A program made the position numbers and the translations under genes. 64,000 nucleotides of DNA, from NCBI GenBank assembly GCA_951406725.2, contig OX597826.1, positions 9,424,001 to 9,488,000 of the forward strand. The letters are read 5' to 3'. Positions 1-11,719 of this stretch are shown in pieces. The notes beneath the pieces were generated by a model. It was not told the DNA's origin. It did not search any database and saw nothing but the letters and a program-made list of their open reading frames with translations. Position 1 is the first letter of the stretch. The number at the start of each line of letters is the position of its first letter. Source of the DNA: Octopus vulgaris (taxonomy: Eukaryota).

Positions 1-179
1 ACCACCCTGTAACCAGGGTACATGGGGAGGGGGATGCCCTCTCCCTATCACATCTTCACTATCTCTCTCTCTTCCTCTTTCTCTCTCTGGTAGCCATGTT
101 TCTTTTCTAACATGGGTCACCTTTTCTGCCCCTCAATACTACTCCCCAACCAGTTGAGGAGTTTTGTCCTGCAGCAAGC

Positions 180-367
180 ATCATGTAAAAACACCCAGTA
201 CACTTTGTAAAGTGGTTGGCATTAGGAAGGGTGTCCAGCCATAGAAATTATGCCAAAAACAGTCAACAGAACTTGGTGCAACCATTTGACTTGCCAGTTT
301 CTGTCAAACCATCCTACCCATGCCAGCATGGAAAATGGATGTTAAATGATGATGATGATGATGATGA
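180..367 (+). mobile_element. RTE-tailed SINE-like element (3' part) ending in (GAT)n
   Basis: tggttggcattaggaaggg...catgccagcatggaaaatggatgttaaa(tga)n; same tail as the RTE LINE at 45675-46830 and many other copies in the window. Confidence 0.75.
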
Positions 368-929
368 AAGCTTGGGCTGACCTAAGGTTAAAATTAAAGA
401 CACTTGATAAAGGTGCCATGCAGTGAGATTGAACTCAGATGCCTTTGGCTACAAAGTCAACTTCATAACCACGCAGCCATACCTAAACCTACAGTTGAAT
501 ATTCTGCATTACTTTAAATTATTCATCTGTAGAATGCAAGCTTAATCCTAACTTAGAAGCGCTGCAGAATATGAGGATGAAGGAGCCAACAAGGAAGTTT
601 CTAATGTTTATTTCCAAATACTAATAACATAATTTCCTGGTGAGTCTATTTAAAAAGAACAGGAATTTATGTCAGTTGATTTAGCATTGGTATCTCATTA
701 GCTCCGAGAAAGGAAAGATACGGTTGACCATGTTCAGGAGCTGAACACAGAACTCAAAGGCATCCAAATAGACAAGGCAAGCCTCCAAGTCTGTGTTCTC
801 TGTCTTCTCTGCCATCGCCGCCACCACCACCACCACCACCACCACCACCACCACTTTTATTTGTAACGAATGTTTATCATTAGCTCAAGGTCATAAGTTT
901 GTCAAATAGAGAGTATTCAGTCAAAGTTG

Positions 930-1850
930 ATAATAATATTGGTTTCAAATTTTGACACAAGGCCAGCAATTTTTGGGGAGGGGGTAAGTTGAATACATCG
1001 GCTCCCCAGTACTCAACTGGTACTTATTTTATCAACCCCAAAAGGATGAAAGGTAAAGTCAACATCAGCAGAATTTGAACTCCAAATGTAAAGATGGGTG
1101 GATTGCTGCTAAGCATCTTGCCTGGTGTTCTAACAATTCTGCTAGCTTGCTGCCTTAAGAATAATGATAATAATAATCCTTTCTACTACAGGCACAAGGC
1201 CTGAAATTTTGAGGGAGGAGGTTAGACGATTACATCGATCCCAGTGTATAACTGGTACTTTTTTCATTGACTACTTAAAGGATAAAAGTCAACCATGGCA
1301 GAATTTGAACTCAGAATGTAGCGATGATCAAAATACCGCTAAGTATTTTACCCAGCATGCTAACAATTCTGCCAACTCACCACCTTAATAATAATAATAA
1401 TAATAATAATGATTTCAATTTTTTCCACAAGGGCAGTAGTTTGGGGGTGGGGAGGGGATGAGTCAATCACATTGATCCCAGTGCTTAACTGGTACTTATT
1501 TTATCAACCCTGAAAGGCTGAATGGCAAAGTCAGTCTCACCAGGATTTGAATTCAAAATGTAAAGAGTAGAAAGGAATGTTGTCAAGCATTTTATCTAGT
1601 ATGGTAACAATCCTGCCAGCTCATCACATAATAATAATTTAATTCATTTAACAGAATACTGGATGTGAAACTGGTGCCATGAGAAATGTTTGTACATTAT
1701 GACCGTCTGTCTTTACATTCTGAGTTCAAATTCTGCTGAGATCAACTTTGCCTTTTGTCCTTTCAGGGTCGATAAATTAAGTATCAGTTGTGTACTGGGG
1801 TCAATCTAATCAACTGGCTCCCCTCCCCACAAAAATTTCAGGCTTAGAAA
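930..1850. mobile_element. Cluster of four copies of one tRNA-derived SINE family (three on minus, one on plus) separated by (TAA)n
   Basis: Recurrent B-box-like gagttcaaatt and central gactttgcctttcatccttt..ggg.tcgataaa..aagtacc motif at about 935-1160, 1180-1390 and 1410-1630 (minus) and 1700-1850 (plus). Confidence 0.8.
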
Positions 1851-2631
1851 AGTATGCTGTGACAGTTACAGAATATAGAAAGTAATGTAACACCAATGAC
1901 TATATAATCCAACCAAAATATCTCAGCTTCACAAATGTAAACGGAATTACTATTTAACCTTAAAATATATCATACATATTCAAAGAACCTTAATGTACAA
2001 ATTTAAATGCAAAAAAAAAAAACGAAATAATAAATGGATTTATGAATGTAAGTTTGATAATTGCATTTATTTCCACCACACGATACTTATTATTGCAAAT
2101 GTTTTAACTAACCTATACTATACACACACAAATACATTCATATATATATATGTCTTGAGTTGTAGCTGTAATTCAAAGGGGCCAGCCTTGTCATATTCTC
2201 CCAGAAAACTTCATTAACGTTATGCATGGCAGTGGAGTACTCAGCAATTTGTGAGTTAATTTTATCCTCATGTGGTAATGAAAAGTGAAATTGACATCCA
2301 ATATTTGCTGCATGTATGTATCTATGTATGAACTTTTCTTTGGATTTCTCTGTCACTGCCTTTGTGTCCCTCATCTCTCCCACTTTTGATTTAACAATGT
2401 GTATATGTATCTATCTATCTACTTCTTCCGCGATGTGGTAAACATTTAAAAACACAAAACGAATGCTGTCACCACTCACTGTCTCTTTCACTTTCTCTCT
2501 TTCTCTCTCTCACTCTTTTTCTCTTACTTCCTCTGTCTTCCTCTCTTTCACTTTGCCACTTCAAAGAAGTGGTGTGATGCATGCAACAGGTATGTACAAA
2601 AACAAAAAGTTACTGTATTAATATTATTGAT

Positions 2632-2632
2632 G

Positions 2633-2676
<44 letters not shown>
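2632..2676. repeat. (AAT)n microsatellite at the 5' flank of the R4/Dong element
   Basis: Direct reading. Confidence 0.95.
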
Positions 2677-2679
2677 TTG

Positions 2680-4165
2680 ACATTCCATCATCACAGTGAG
2701 CTTTATGAGTGTATTTCCAAATTAAAGATAATCACAAGTGTGTTCATGAGACCCAGTCCCTGAGTGATGGTCTCTTTCACAGCAAATGTTTTCTGTGCAA
2801 CAGGGTGGGCCTGATAATTGTCCAAATACTGCTACAAAGATTAAAAGATGGACTCAAAATTACAATAGAGTTGTAATGGAATGCTGTAACAGAAGTGAGT
2901 CTACCAAAATAGGATGCAGGAAGTGGATGTATAAAATATGGCAGAGAAATACATGTTCCCTATCATGGAACAAAGATTTCTAGATCAGAAAAATCTAATC
3001 TTGAAAAGACTATGGTTATCCCAGTTGAAAATGGAGATCTCCACAGTAGTGAGAGAGTGTGAACATGACTACATTAAGCATGAAGAAGAGAAGGAGTTGA
3101 ACAAGAATGAGGAATAGTTGATGGGCCAATAAATCCTCAGAAAAGAGACAACTGAATAAGTGAAGGCAAATTTCTTTCATGAAAGGAAAGATCATTATAG
3201 AGGAAGAAAGGAGCTTGCTACAATGAGATGTGAGAGAGAGTAAAAGACACTACCAGCTGTAAGAGGGATTGGAAGAGAAAAACTAAAAAAATGAAGAAGG
3301 TGAATGATCTGTTTGTAAAAACCTGTATTGAAAATATAACATATCTAAATGGCTTTATACAGAGCACAGTTTCTGTTGTTATGCAAATTCTTGGGGTTAA
3401 AAGCCAATGGAAAACAAAGACAAAGTCCTCTGGTGGGAACAAAGACTTAAGAACGAAATTGAACAGCTCAAGAGAGATCTTGGACAAATACATGTAATCA
3501 CAGAAAAGAAGAGGGTGAGGGAAAGACACAGGAACAAACTGCAATGGAAGCACAGCTTTAAACAGAAAGGGTTGCAGATAGTTAAAGAAGAGATAAGGCA
3601 AAAAAATCAAAGCAGAGTCAGGGGAGAAAAAAGTAGATATCAACAGAGAACAAATCAGTACGAGCAGAATAGGCTCTAGAGGAACAACTAAAGGAAATTC
3701 TATAAACAACTGAACAATGAAGAGGAGCATAAGAGGAATGATATGCCAAATGCTGAAGCAGCAAGAAAATTCCAGGCAGAAATCTGGAGCAAAGAAATCC
3801 AACATCACATAAAAAGCAAACTAGTAGTGAGAATTTAAAAGAGGAATGGAAGATGGACAGACACAAGAGAACATAACAATTATGGATAAAAAGTGGAATA
3901 GATGATTAAGAAAATATGAAACTATAAAGCACCCCAGACCAGATGATGTTCAAGGGTTTTGGCTCAATAATCTCCCAATCTTACTCAGCTATATTTGATG
4001 TTTCTTACTGATCATATATAAACTGGAACCTCAACATGGACGACAAAAGGAAGGACAGTTCTGATACAGAAGGACAAAGAAGAGAGAAGGGAGGTCAGCA
4101 TTTATAGACTTATTACATGCTTACCATTGCTCCGGAAATTATTAACTGGCCTATTAGCAGATGAT
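2680..4165 (+). mobile_element. R4/Dong-clade non-LTR retrotransposon, 5' half (decayed)
   Basis: Frameshifted peptides KRWTQNYNRVVMECCNRSE..GCRKWMYKIWQ, WWEQRLKNEIEQLKRDL..YQQRTNQYEQNRL, YKAPRPDDVQGFWL, TKGRTVLIQKD..ITCLPLLRKLLTGLLADD resemble the R4/Dong N-terminal region and RT start. Confidence 0.8.
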
Positions 4166-7100
4166 TGACCGAGAGACGAGGTGAGTCGAGAATCAATCAA
4201 ACCCAGTTAACACGGAAATGACCTTGGACGTGAAAAGAAGCTATTCATTCGAACAGCGAATGAAGTGCAAACAACTTTGGATGCAAGTTGTGCTGTAGGA
4301 CCTTTGCAAGTGAGAGAGAGGCTTGAAGATACATCAGGGAAAGACTTGTGAGAAGGGGACCGAGTGTGGATCATCTGATCGTAAAACATGTGGGAAAATC
4401 CTCCCCAGACTCAAACCACAGCGGATCAATAAAAGTTACAGCAAAGACCTCTTCCTGACAGGAAGCTGCAGGTTATGAGGCTGGTGCATCAGATAGTACT
4501 TGGAGAAAACCAAGGGTTCTGTGGCCTGCTGCTAATGAGAAATGAAAATATAAAGAGTTTGAAAAGAAGGTATGTGGAGCTCTTTACAAAATGACAGGAT
4601 CTACAGTGGAGAAACTTGGAAAGTTAACAAGCTCAGTATGTGATACAGGAAAGGAATTATTTGGAGTGAAAAACAGTATTCAATTAGCGAAAGGAAAGTG
4701 TGGACCAAGCAGGAGGATCAGGAAAATGAAACAGTTGAGGAAGGAAAAGACCAGCCTAAGAAAGCAATGGAAATGTGCTGCGGAAGACGAAAAACCCGGC
4801 CTTGTGCTGCTGTATGATGATTTGGAAAGGAAATGCTGTTGTGTGCAATGACATATCCACCAGTATGAGTAACGAAAGGAAAGTAAAAGGATTCGGGGGC
4901 GGTTTCTGAAGTACGGGGTTAGTTACTAAGAAGCTGTTCACTGAACTGAAGAGTGGCACTTTATCATGCACGAAAGAAGAATTGGATGCTCATATCAAAG
5001 AAACCTACAGTGATCTACACCATAACCAGCCACTGCCACCTCTAAATGGGCTAAAGCATCTCTTAGAACCTGATATCAAATTTTAAATTGGAGACATCAG
5101 GGAGAAAGAGGTGAATGATTTCGTGAGAAAAGCTAGAGCAAAGAGTGCCCCAGGGGGTGGTGGCATCTTGTATAAAGTATATAAATATTGCAATCTTCTG
5201 TGAAAGAAGCTCTTTGTCCTACTCCGACAGCTGTGATGCAAAGAGACTCTAGTAGAGGATTGGTGTAAGGCAGAAGGTATATACCTGCCAAAGGAGGCCA
5301 ATGCAGAGACTATAAAACAGTTTAAGCCGATATCCTTGTTGAATGTGGAAGGCAAGATCATTATGGGAATTCTCTCAAGGAGAACAGTGACATATTTACA
5401 AAGTAATGGATATGTTGATGAATCTGTTCAAAAGACTGGGATCCCTGGATGCATTGAACACTGATTTTCGATTTGGAAAGTGATCCAGGATGCCAAACAG
5501 AACTAAAGAAGTCTGAAATTGGTATGGCTTGACCTAGCTAATGCAAATGGCTCAATGCCACATGAATTACTGATGAGAGCCATGGACTACTTCCATATTC
5601 CAGACAAAGTAACCAAATTAACAAGGATATGTTATGACAGTTTCAAGAGGAGGTTTACAGCTGAAGATTTTACAACAGAATGGCACCAATTCAAGATTGG
5701 AATTGCTGCTGGCTGCATAATATCTGTCACATGGTGTTAGTCATGGAGATGATTTTGAAAGCTGTGGATTTTTTGGAACAAATCGCCCTTGTACCTAAGA
5801 AGGCCTGGATGACATGACACTTCTATCAACAGACAAGTAAATCTTGCAGAGTGCCTTCTTGTGACTAGACAAGCTTGTGAGGTGGGTAACTTTGCAGTTT
5901 AGAGCAAAAAAGTCACATAGTCTGACATTTGTTAAGGGAGTGCAGAAAGAAGTTAAGTTTCGAATAGCTGAAGAAAGCATTCCAAAAGTCAAAGAAGAAC
6001 CCGTCAAGAGCTTGGTGTGAATATATACTGGAACATTGTCAGACAGGAGTCATGGAATGGAAATTATGAAACCAGCCGAGGTTGGATTATTAGTGATTGA
6101 TAACTCAAAGTTACCAGGTAAATATAAAATTTGGTGCTTACAGTTTGGCTTGTATCTGCGACTTTCATGGCCACTTTTAATATACGAGATAGCATTGTCA
6201 CAAATTGAAATCATTGAGCAAAAATGTATTGTGTTCATTCAAAAGTGGATAGGCCTACCTCGGATATTGAACAGTTCGGCTCTTTATCATAAAAAAAGGC
6301 CCATTGCGGTTATCACTGGCATTAATAGTTGAAATTTATAAACTGGGGAAGGTACGAATGGGGATGATGCTGAGGGAGTTGAAGGACATAGAAATCAGGT
6401 GTAATCCACCTGATGTGAAAGCAGCCAGGAAGTGGAAAGCAGAAGCAGAGACTGATGACATCCAGTCTTCTATTATACACTGAGACATGGTTGGTGCAAT
6501 GCAAATTCATTGGAAGGGACTTGGTTTTTGGCACAGATTGGTTCAGACAGTTTGCAAGTAATATGCAGACTGAATGCAGATCTGTTGTTAGCAACAACAT
6601 CAGAACAAGGGAAGCAGAGAGAAGAGAGCTTCATTTGATCCAATGCATTCAACAAGGACAGATGATGAGATGGGAGTAACATGTCGAGAGAAAAATAAGT
6701 TAGAATGAGATATGGAGGTGGACCACATCTCAGGTAAGTTTTCTGATTCGTTTATCCTATGATGTTATTGTCATCACCTGTAAATCTAGTAAGATGGAGT
6801 GTCTCAGAGAATGATATATGAAAATGTGGAAAGGTCGGAACACTGAAACATATTCTTTCGAACTGTTCACTAGCATTGAATAGATATACATGAAGACACA
6901 TCTTGGTCCTTAAGGTTATCTTCAATGCTATAAAGAACCAAATTAATCTCAACAACAGTGCAAAAAAACCATTGAAAGTAACAACTAGAGATTCATTACC
7001 TTCGTACGCTCAGGACAGCAGATCCATTTCAAGAAGAAGGACAACAAACTTCTTGTGAGCAAGGAAAAGTGGAACAGCTATTGGGAGGTGACTGCAGATT

Positions 7101-7692
7101 TACCAGGGTGCCAGGAACTCTTTCCCATCCCAGTTATGAAAAAACCAGACATTTTAATGTGGTGTGAAAGAAAGGAAGTTGTGAATCTAGTTGAATTAAC
7201 AGTTCCTCATGAAGATAACATGGACATCGCTTGGGCTCGAATGATTGATCGTTATGCAAACCTCCTCAAGGAATGTGAAGATGCAGGCTAGAAAGCAGAG
7301 CATTTTCCAATCGAAGTTGGATGTAGAGGGTTTCTTGGAAACAGTGTGAGGGTGTGAGGCAACTGTTGTTATCTTTAGGCCTAACTTATCGTAAAGTCAA
7401 TACCACCATGACCGATATCCAAACTACAGTGGAAAAGGCTAGCCACTGGATTTGGTTAAAAAGACACGATGAGCAATGGCTAGAAGAATATTGAGCTTTA
7501 TTTGATAACCAGTTGATTTAGCAAGCAGGGCCTCTTATCAGTAAGGTGTGGGGGGGGGGCAGTGTACGTTGATGCTGTTGAGAGGTAGGCCCCGAAACGG
7601 TGCGCATTCTCTCGTAATGACCCCATACACTTGCTGGCTTCCAGTATGTGGACTTCTTGACTGGTAGCATTTGCATGTGCAAGCTGTTTGCA
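4166..7692 (+). mobile_element. HERO-like RLE-type non-LTR retrotransposon, near full length, pseudogenised, nested in the R4/Dong element
   Basis: N-terminal Zn finger CKLCCRTFASE..GLKIHQGKTC; RVLWPAANE; RT motifs SAPGGGGILYKVYK, AEGIYLPKE..FKPISLLNVEGKI, VQKTGIPGCIEH, WLDLANANGSMPH; CCHC remnant CGKVGTLKHILSNC; endonuclease KPDILMW..VELTVPHEDN..PIEVGCRGF; many stops and frameshifts. Confidence 0.85.
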
Positions 7693-9470
7693 AAACATCT
7701 TTCTGGAAAAGGAAAATTTATTGCCAGAGGAGAAAAAAGGATGTGGAAAGATCTCAAGGGAAACTGCTGACCTGCTGTATATTGGTAGTAGGATACTAAA
7801 AGGGACGCCAGTGAGAAAGAATTTGAGTTGACTGGATAGCTAATGACAGTGTTCCAAGCTGCTGGCTCTTGGACACTCAGGGTCAATGAGAAGATAAATT
7901 GTTTTTTTAGGAAAAGCAATGAGAGCGTGTGAAGTAGAACTGTCATGCACAAAAGAATTGTTAGGAGACATGAAAATCTGCTGGGAGAAGACTAGCTCTC
8001 TCTCTCTGCTACTCTTTATCATTGCCTTAATCGCTCTGACAAATATACTGAGAGAATCTGGGCCTGCCTATGAGTTTACCAAAATGAAGATGATCTCAAA
8101 CTATATATAAAAAATGAAAAAGACCTAGACTCTCTGATCCAAACAGTAAGAGTATTCAGCAAGAATATTGGAATGCAGTTTGAGATAAATATGTGTGCAG
8201 TGTTAATTATGAAGAGAGAGCAGAAGATAAACTCTGTTGGCACAAAATTACTGCAAGACAATGTGATTAGATTGCTTGTGGATTAATGAGAGATGCAAAT
8301 ACCTAGAGGTGCTACAAGTCAATAGAATAATGGAAAGAGAAATGAGAGAGAAAACCTCTAAAGATTACAAGAAAATTAGGAAGGTGCTTGAAATAAAATT
8401 AAATAATGGAGGGCATATCATTAAGCAATAAATACATGTGCTATGCCAGTATTAAGATACTCTGATCCTTTTCTAAAATGGACAAAGGTCAAGCTACAGA
8501 ATTTGTATAGAAGAACTAGGAAGCTGCTCATAATGCATGGTGCATACCACCCTAAAAGTAATACCGACAAACTCTAACTTTCAAGAAAGGAAGTTGACAG
8601 AAGATTACTAAACACAGAAGACACTGTTGATATTGCGATATTAGGATTGAAAAATTATGTTGTGCAGAATGAGGAAAGAATACCCTTTAGCAAAAAAGTA
8701 ATTCAAACAATACGAAAAGTCAAGAACAGAAGTAAGAACAACAGAACATGCAGGTGGAAAGAAATGGAATTACATGACTAGTTCATGCAGCAAATTGAGG
8801 AGGTTGGTAGTCAAAAATGCAGGCTTTGGTTGACAGAAAGCAAAAGACCAAAGCTGACCAAAGTACTCAGGAACTAGTCATTAGGATGAATTGGATAAAA
8901 GCAAAGATTGATAAAACTCAGTCAGGCAGCAAATATAGAATCTGTAGTAAAGCTGATGAAATCATTAATCATCTCTTGAGTGTTAGTTGGCACAAAAAGA
9001 CAATAAGAGCAGACATGACCGTGTCAGTAAAAGAATACATTGGGATGTTAACCAAGTGTGAGACTTTGAAATAATAGGAATGTAATAGAGAATAAGAATT
9101 ACAGGATCTTAGGGTACTTCCCCGTAAAGACTGACTACTACTGAAGCAAGAAGACCGGATATGATTACAGAGGACAAAATAAACAAACAACATAAGATCA
9201 TCAGCATTCCAATTTCCTATGATGACAAAGTCAATATGAAAGAGATTGAGAAAATTGAGAAATATCAGGATCTAACCAGAGCTGAAGAGACTGTGAAGCA
9301 CTAAAACAACAATGGAAATCAGGGCAGTTGGCACAACATCCAAGATGCTACTTAAAAGACTGAAAGAAATTGGAACCGAGACTCGCATTGTTGACCTGCA
9401 GAAATGTACCACCCTGTATTCTGAAAGTTTCTTGAGATTTGAGGAGACTTGTTGCCACCAAACCTGATGA
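7693..9470 (+). mobile_element. R4/Dong-clade element, 3' half (rest of RT, CCHC finger, RLE endonuclease; decayed)
   Basis: FLEKENLLPEEKKGC, LLFIIALIALTNILRESG, DDLKLY..LDSLIQTVRVFSKNIGMQF, HGAYHPKSNTDKL, IRMNWIKAKIDKTQSGSKYRIC..EIINHLLS, RPDMI, EIEKIEKYQDL, RLKEIGTETRIVDLQK. Confidence 0.85.
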
Positions 9471-9723
9471 TGCCATCCCTGCCAATTGAATAATGAATTA
9501 AAGAAGATTGGAATAAAATTTCCTGTAGAGCTTCTACAGGTTTGCCTCTTAGGAACAGAAAAGATCATCAGTGGGGTTTTGAGTGCTTGATCGTTTATTA
9601 AAGTCATGTAGATATCTAAGGTTTATATGGAGAACTCACTATCCACATAAATTCTATCAGGAATAAAGCCAATCTTGTGTCAAGAGGATAAATAATAACA
9701 ATGATAATAATAATAATAATAAT
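9471..9723 (+). mobile_element. Second, 5'-truncated R4/Dong-type 3' end with (TAA)n tail
   Basis: Reads PCQLNNELKKIGIKFPVELLQVCLLGTEKIISGVLSA* (R4/Dong C-terminal LQKxxLLGT-type motif), then a short UTR and (taa)n. Confidence 0.65.
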
Positions 9724-10277
9724 GGTTTCTAAGTTTGGCACAAGGCCAGGAGAGGAGTTAATCAATTACGTCAGCTCCAATGTTCAACTGATACTTATTT
9801 TATTAATCCCAAAAAGAGGAAAAGCAAAGTCAACCTCGGCGGAATTTGAACTCAGAACATAAAGATGGACATGAAGAACTTAAGATTCCAGCTAGAAAAA
9901 TAACGGAATATAATCAACTACCTCTATTACTTAGAAATGAATGCATGTTAGTTTTGATAATGAACTATCTGTTCTTTGAATTAGCATGTAAGTGGTTGAG
10001 TACTCCACAGACATGTACACTCTTAGCATAATGTTGAAGTAGAATCAGTGTGATACATTTGGATCATTTGATGGCAGGTCCTGTATATCCGATGGACTTC
10101 TGCTCAGTTTCCATCTACCCATTTGCACTCCTGAAGCACGGATCAACCTGAGACCAGACAGAGTAGATGACACTTGTTCTAAATGCTATGCTGCAGAATT
10201 GAACCTGGGACTTTATTATTGTAAAAAATGAACATCTTAATTATTCAGCCATGCAGCATCCATAAATATGCAGCCTC

Positions 10278-10557
10278 ACACACACACACACACATCGCCA
10301 TACACACACATACACACACACATCGCCATACACACACACACACACATCGCCATACACACACACACACACATATCGCCATATATACACACACATATCGCCA
10401 TATATACACACACATATCGCCATATATACACACACATATCGCCATATATATACACACACACATACACATATACACATTGCCATACACACACATCGCCATA
10501 CACACATACACACATACTGCCATATATACACACACACATCACCATATACACACACAC
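10278..10557. repeat. Compound (CA)n/(TA)n minisatellite punctuated by atcgccata
   Basis: About 11 degenerate units; source of the HT/VC-rich spurious ORFs. Confidence 0.9.
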
Positions 10558-10847
10558 AGAGCTATTTAGTGTTCATAGCAACGTATTATCTATAAGATAG
10601 TGAAGTAAGTTACTTTGAATAAATAACTATTCTACACATTATAAAGGTTAAAATACCGGGTACACCACTATAGGACATCAACTTCTAACCAGACACACAC
10701 ACACATATGCACACACATGTATTACACACACATACACACATGTATTCACATTGTGTACATACATGTGTTCATGTCACACATGTACATGTCCATGCATTCA
10801 ATACACAAATGCATACACACAATCTCACTCAGATACACATTTCATCA

Positions 10848-10881
<34 letters not shown>

Positions 10882-11719
10882 TAATAATAAAAAGAGGAAG
10901 AAAAGAAAAGGATAGTTAATTAGCCAAAGTTATTTATTAAAAACAGTGTAACGAAACAGAAATCGTAAATATCAATGCAAGAAGAATCAATTTTTAATGA
11001 GCGATATTGCCATTCCCTTAGAGACAATGTTTTGGTGCTCCTGGTTGTTTTATTCTTCTGTCTCCTCGGTGACTGCAACAATTTGATCTACTGTATGTAG
11101 TCACTAAAAACTGTCTCAGCTCTGGTGATTAATTTTTGTATTTTCTGACCTGTTTTGGTCCTACAATACTGCGTTTGATTTATCTGTGACCACCATCTAA
11201 ATTATATAGTTCCAGAACCAAGATAAATACATACTGCTGTTTCAGCTGTCTTGCAGTGAAAATATAAATTGGAGATCAAACTCCTTAGCTAGATCAGTAA
11301 ATTAGAACTGACCCCTTCCCCCGCCCCTGTTTTCTTTTTTTGTAGTCATACAACTAAGTGTATATTGTCCTAGTTTGGTGTTTAACTCTTAAAAAATAAA
11401 TAAATCACCCTGACTGTAAATCATTGACATTAGCTAGCCAAATGGGGGGCTTCTGCACATAGTCACTCAATCTCCTAGAAATAGCAGTCAAATTTCCTTT
11501 GAATAACATTTATGTTTTTAAAAATGGGACACATTTGACATAGTGGTCCTTGCTATCTAAAAATGGGTTGGTCACAGTCTGAACGCTTTTAATCATGTCT
11601 TTTCAAGTCTGAACTTAACTGAGCTTAAACAACAGCATCATTGACATCTGACCTAACACATTACCCTTATTAATATATTTCTGATTTAATAATTTCAGTT
11701 CCTCCAATTTAGCTGGCTC

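Noticed and set aside
2138-2383. 81-aa minus-strand ORF with natural-looking composition
   Set aside because: Overlaps a decayed SINE body similar to 16070-16170
3218-3808. 196-aa hydrophobic minus-strand ORF
   Set aside because: Antisense shadow of the A-rich Dong coding strand
10228-10600. His/Thr- and Val/Cys-rich ORFs
   Set aside because: Translations of a CA/TA microsatellite
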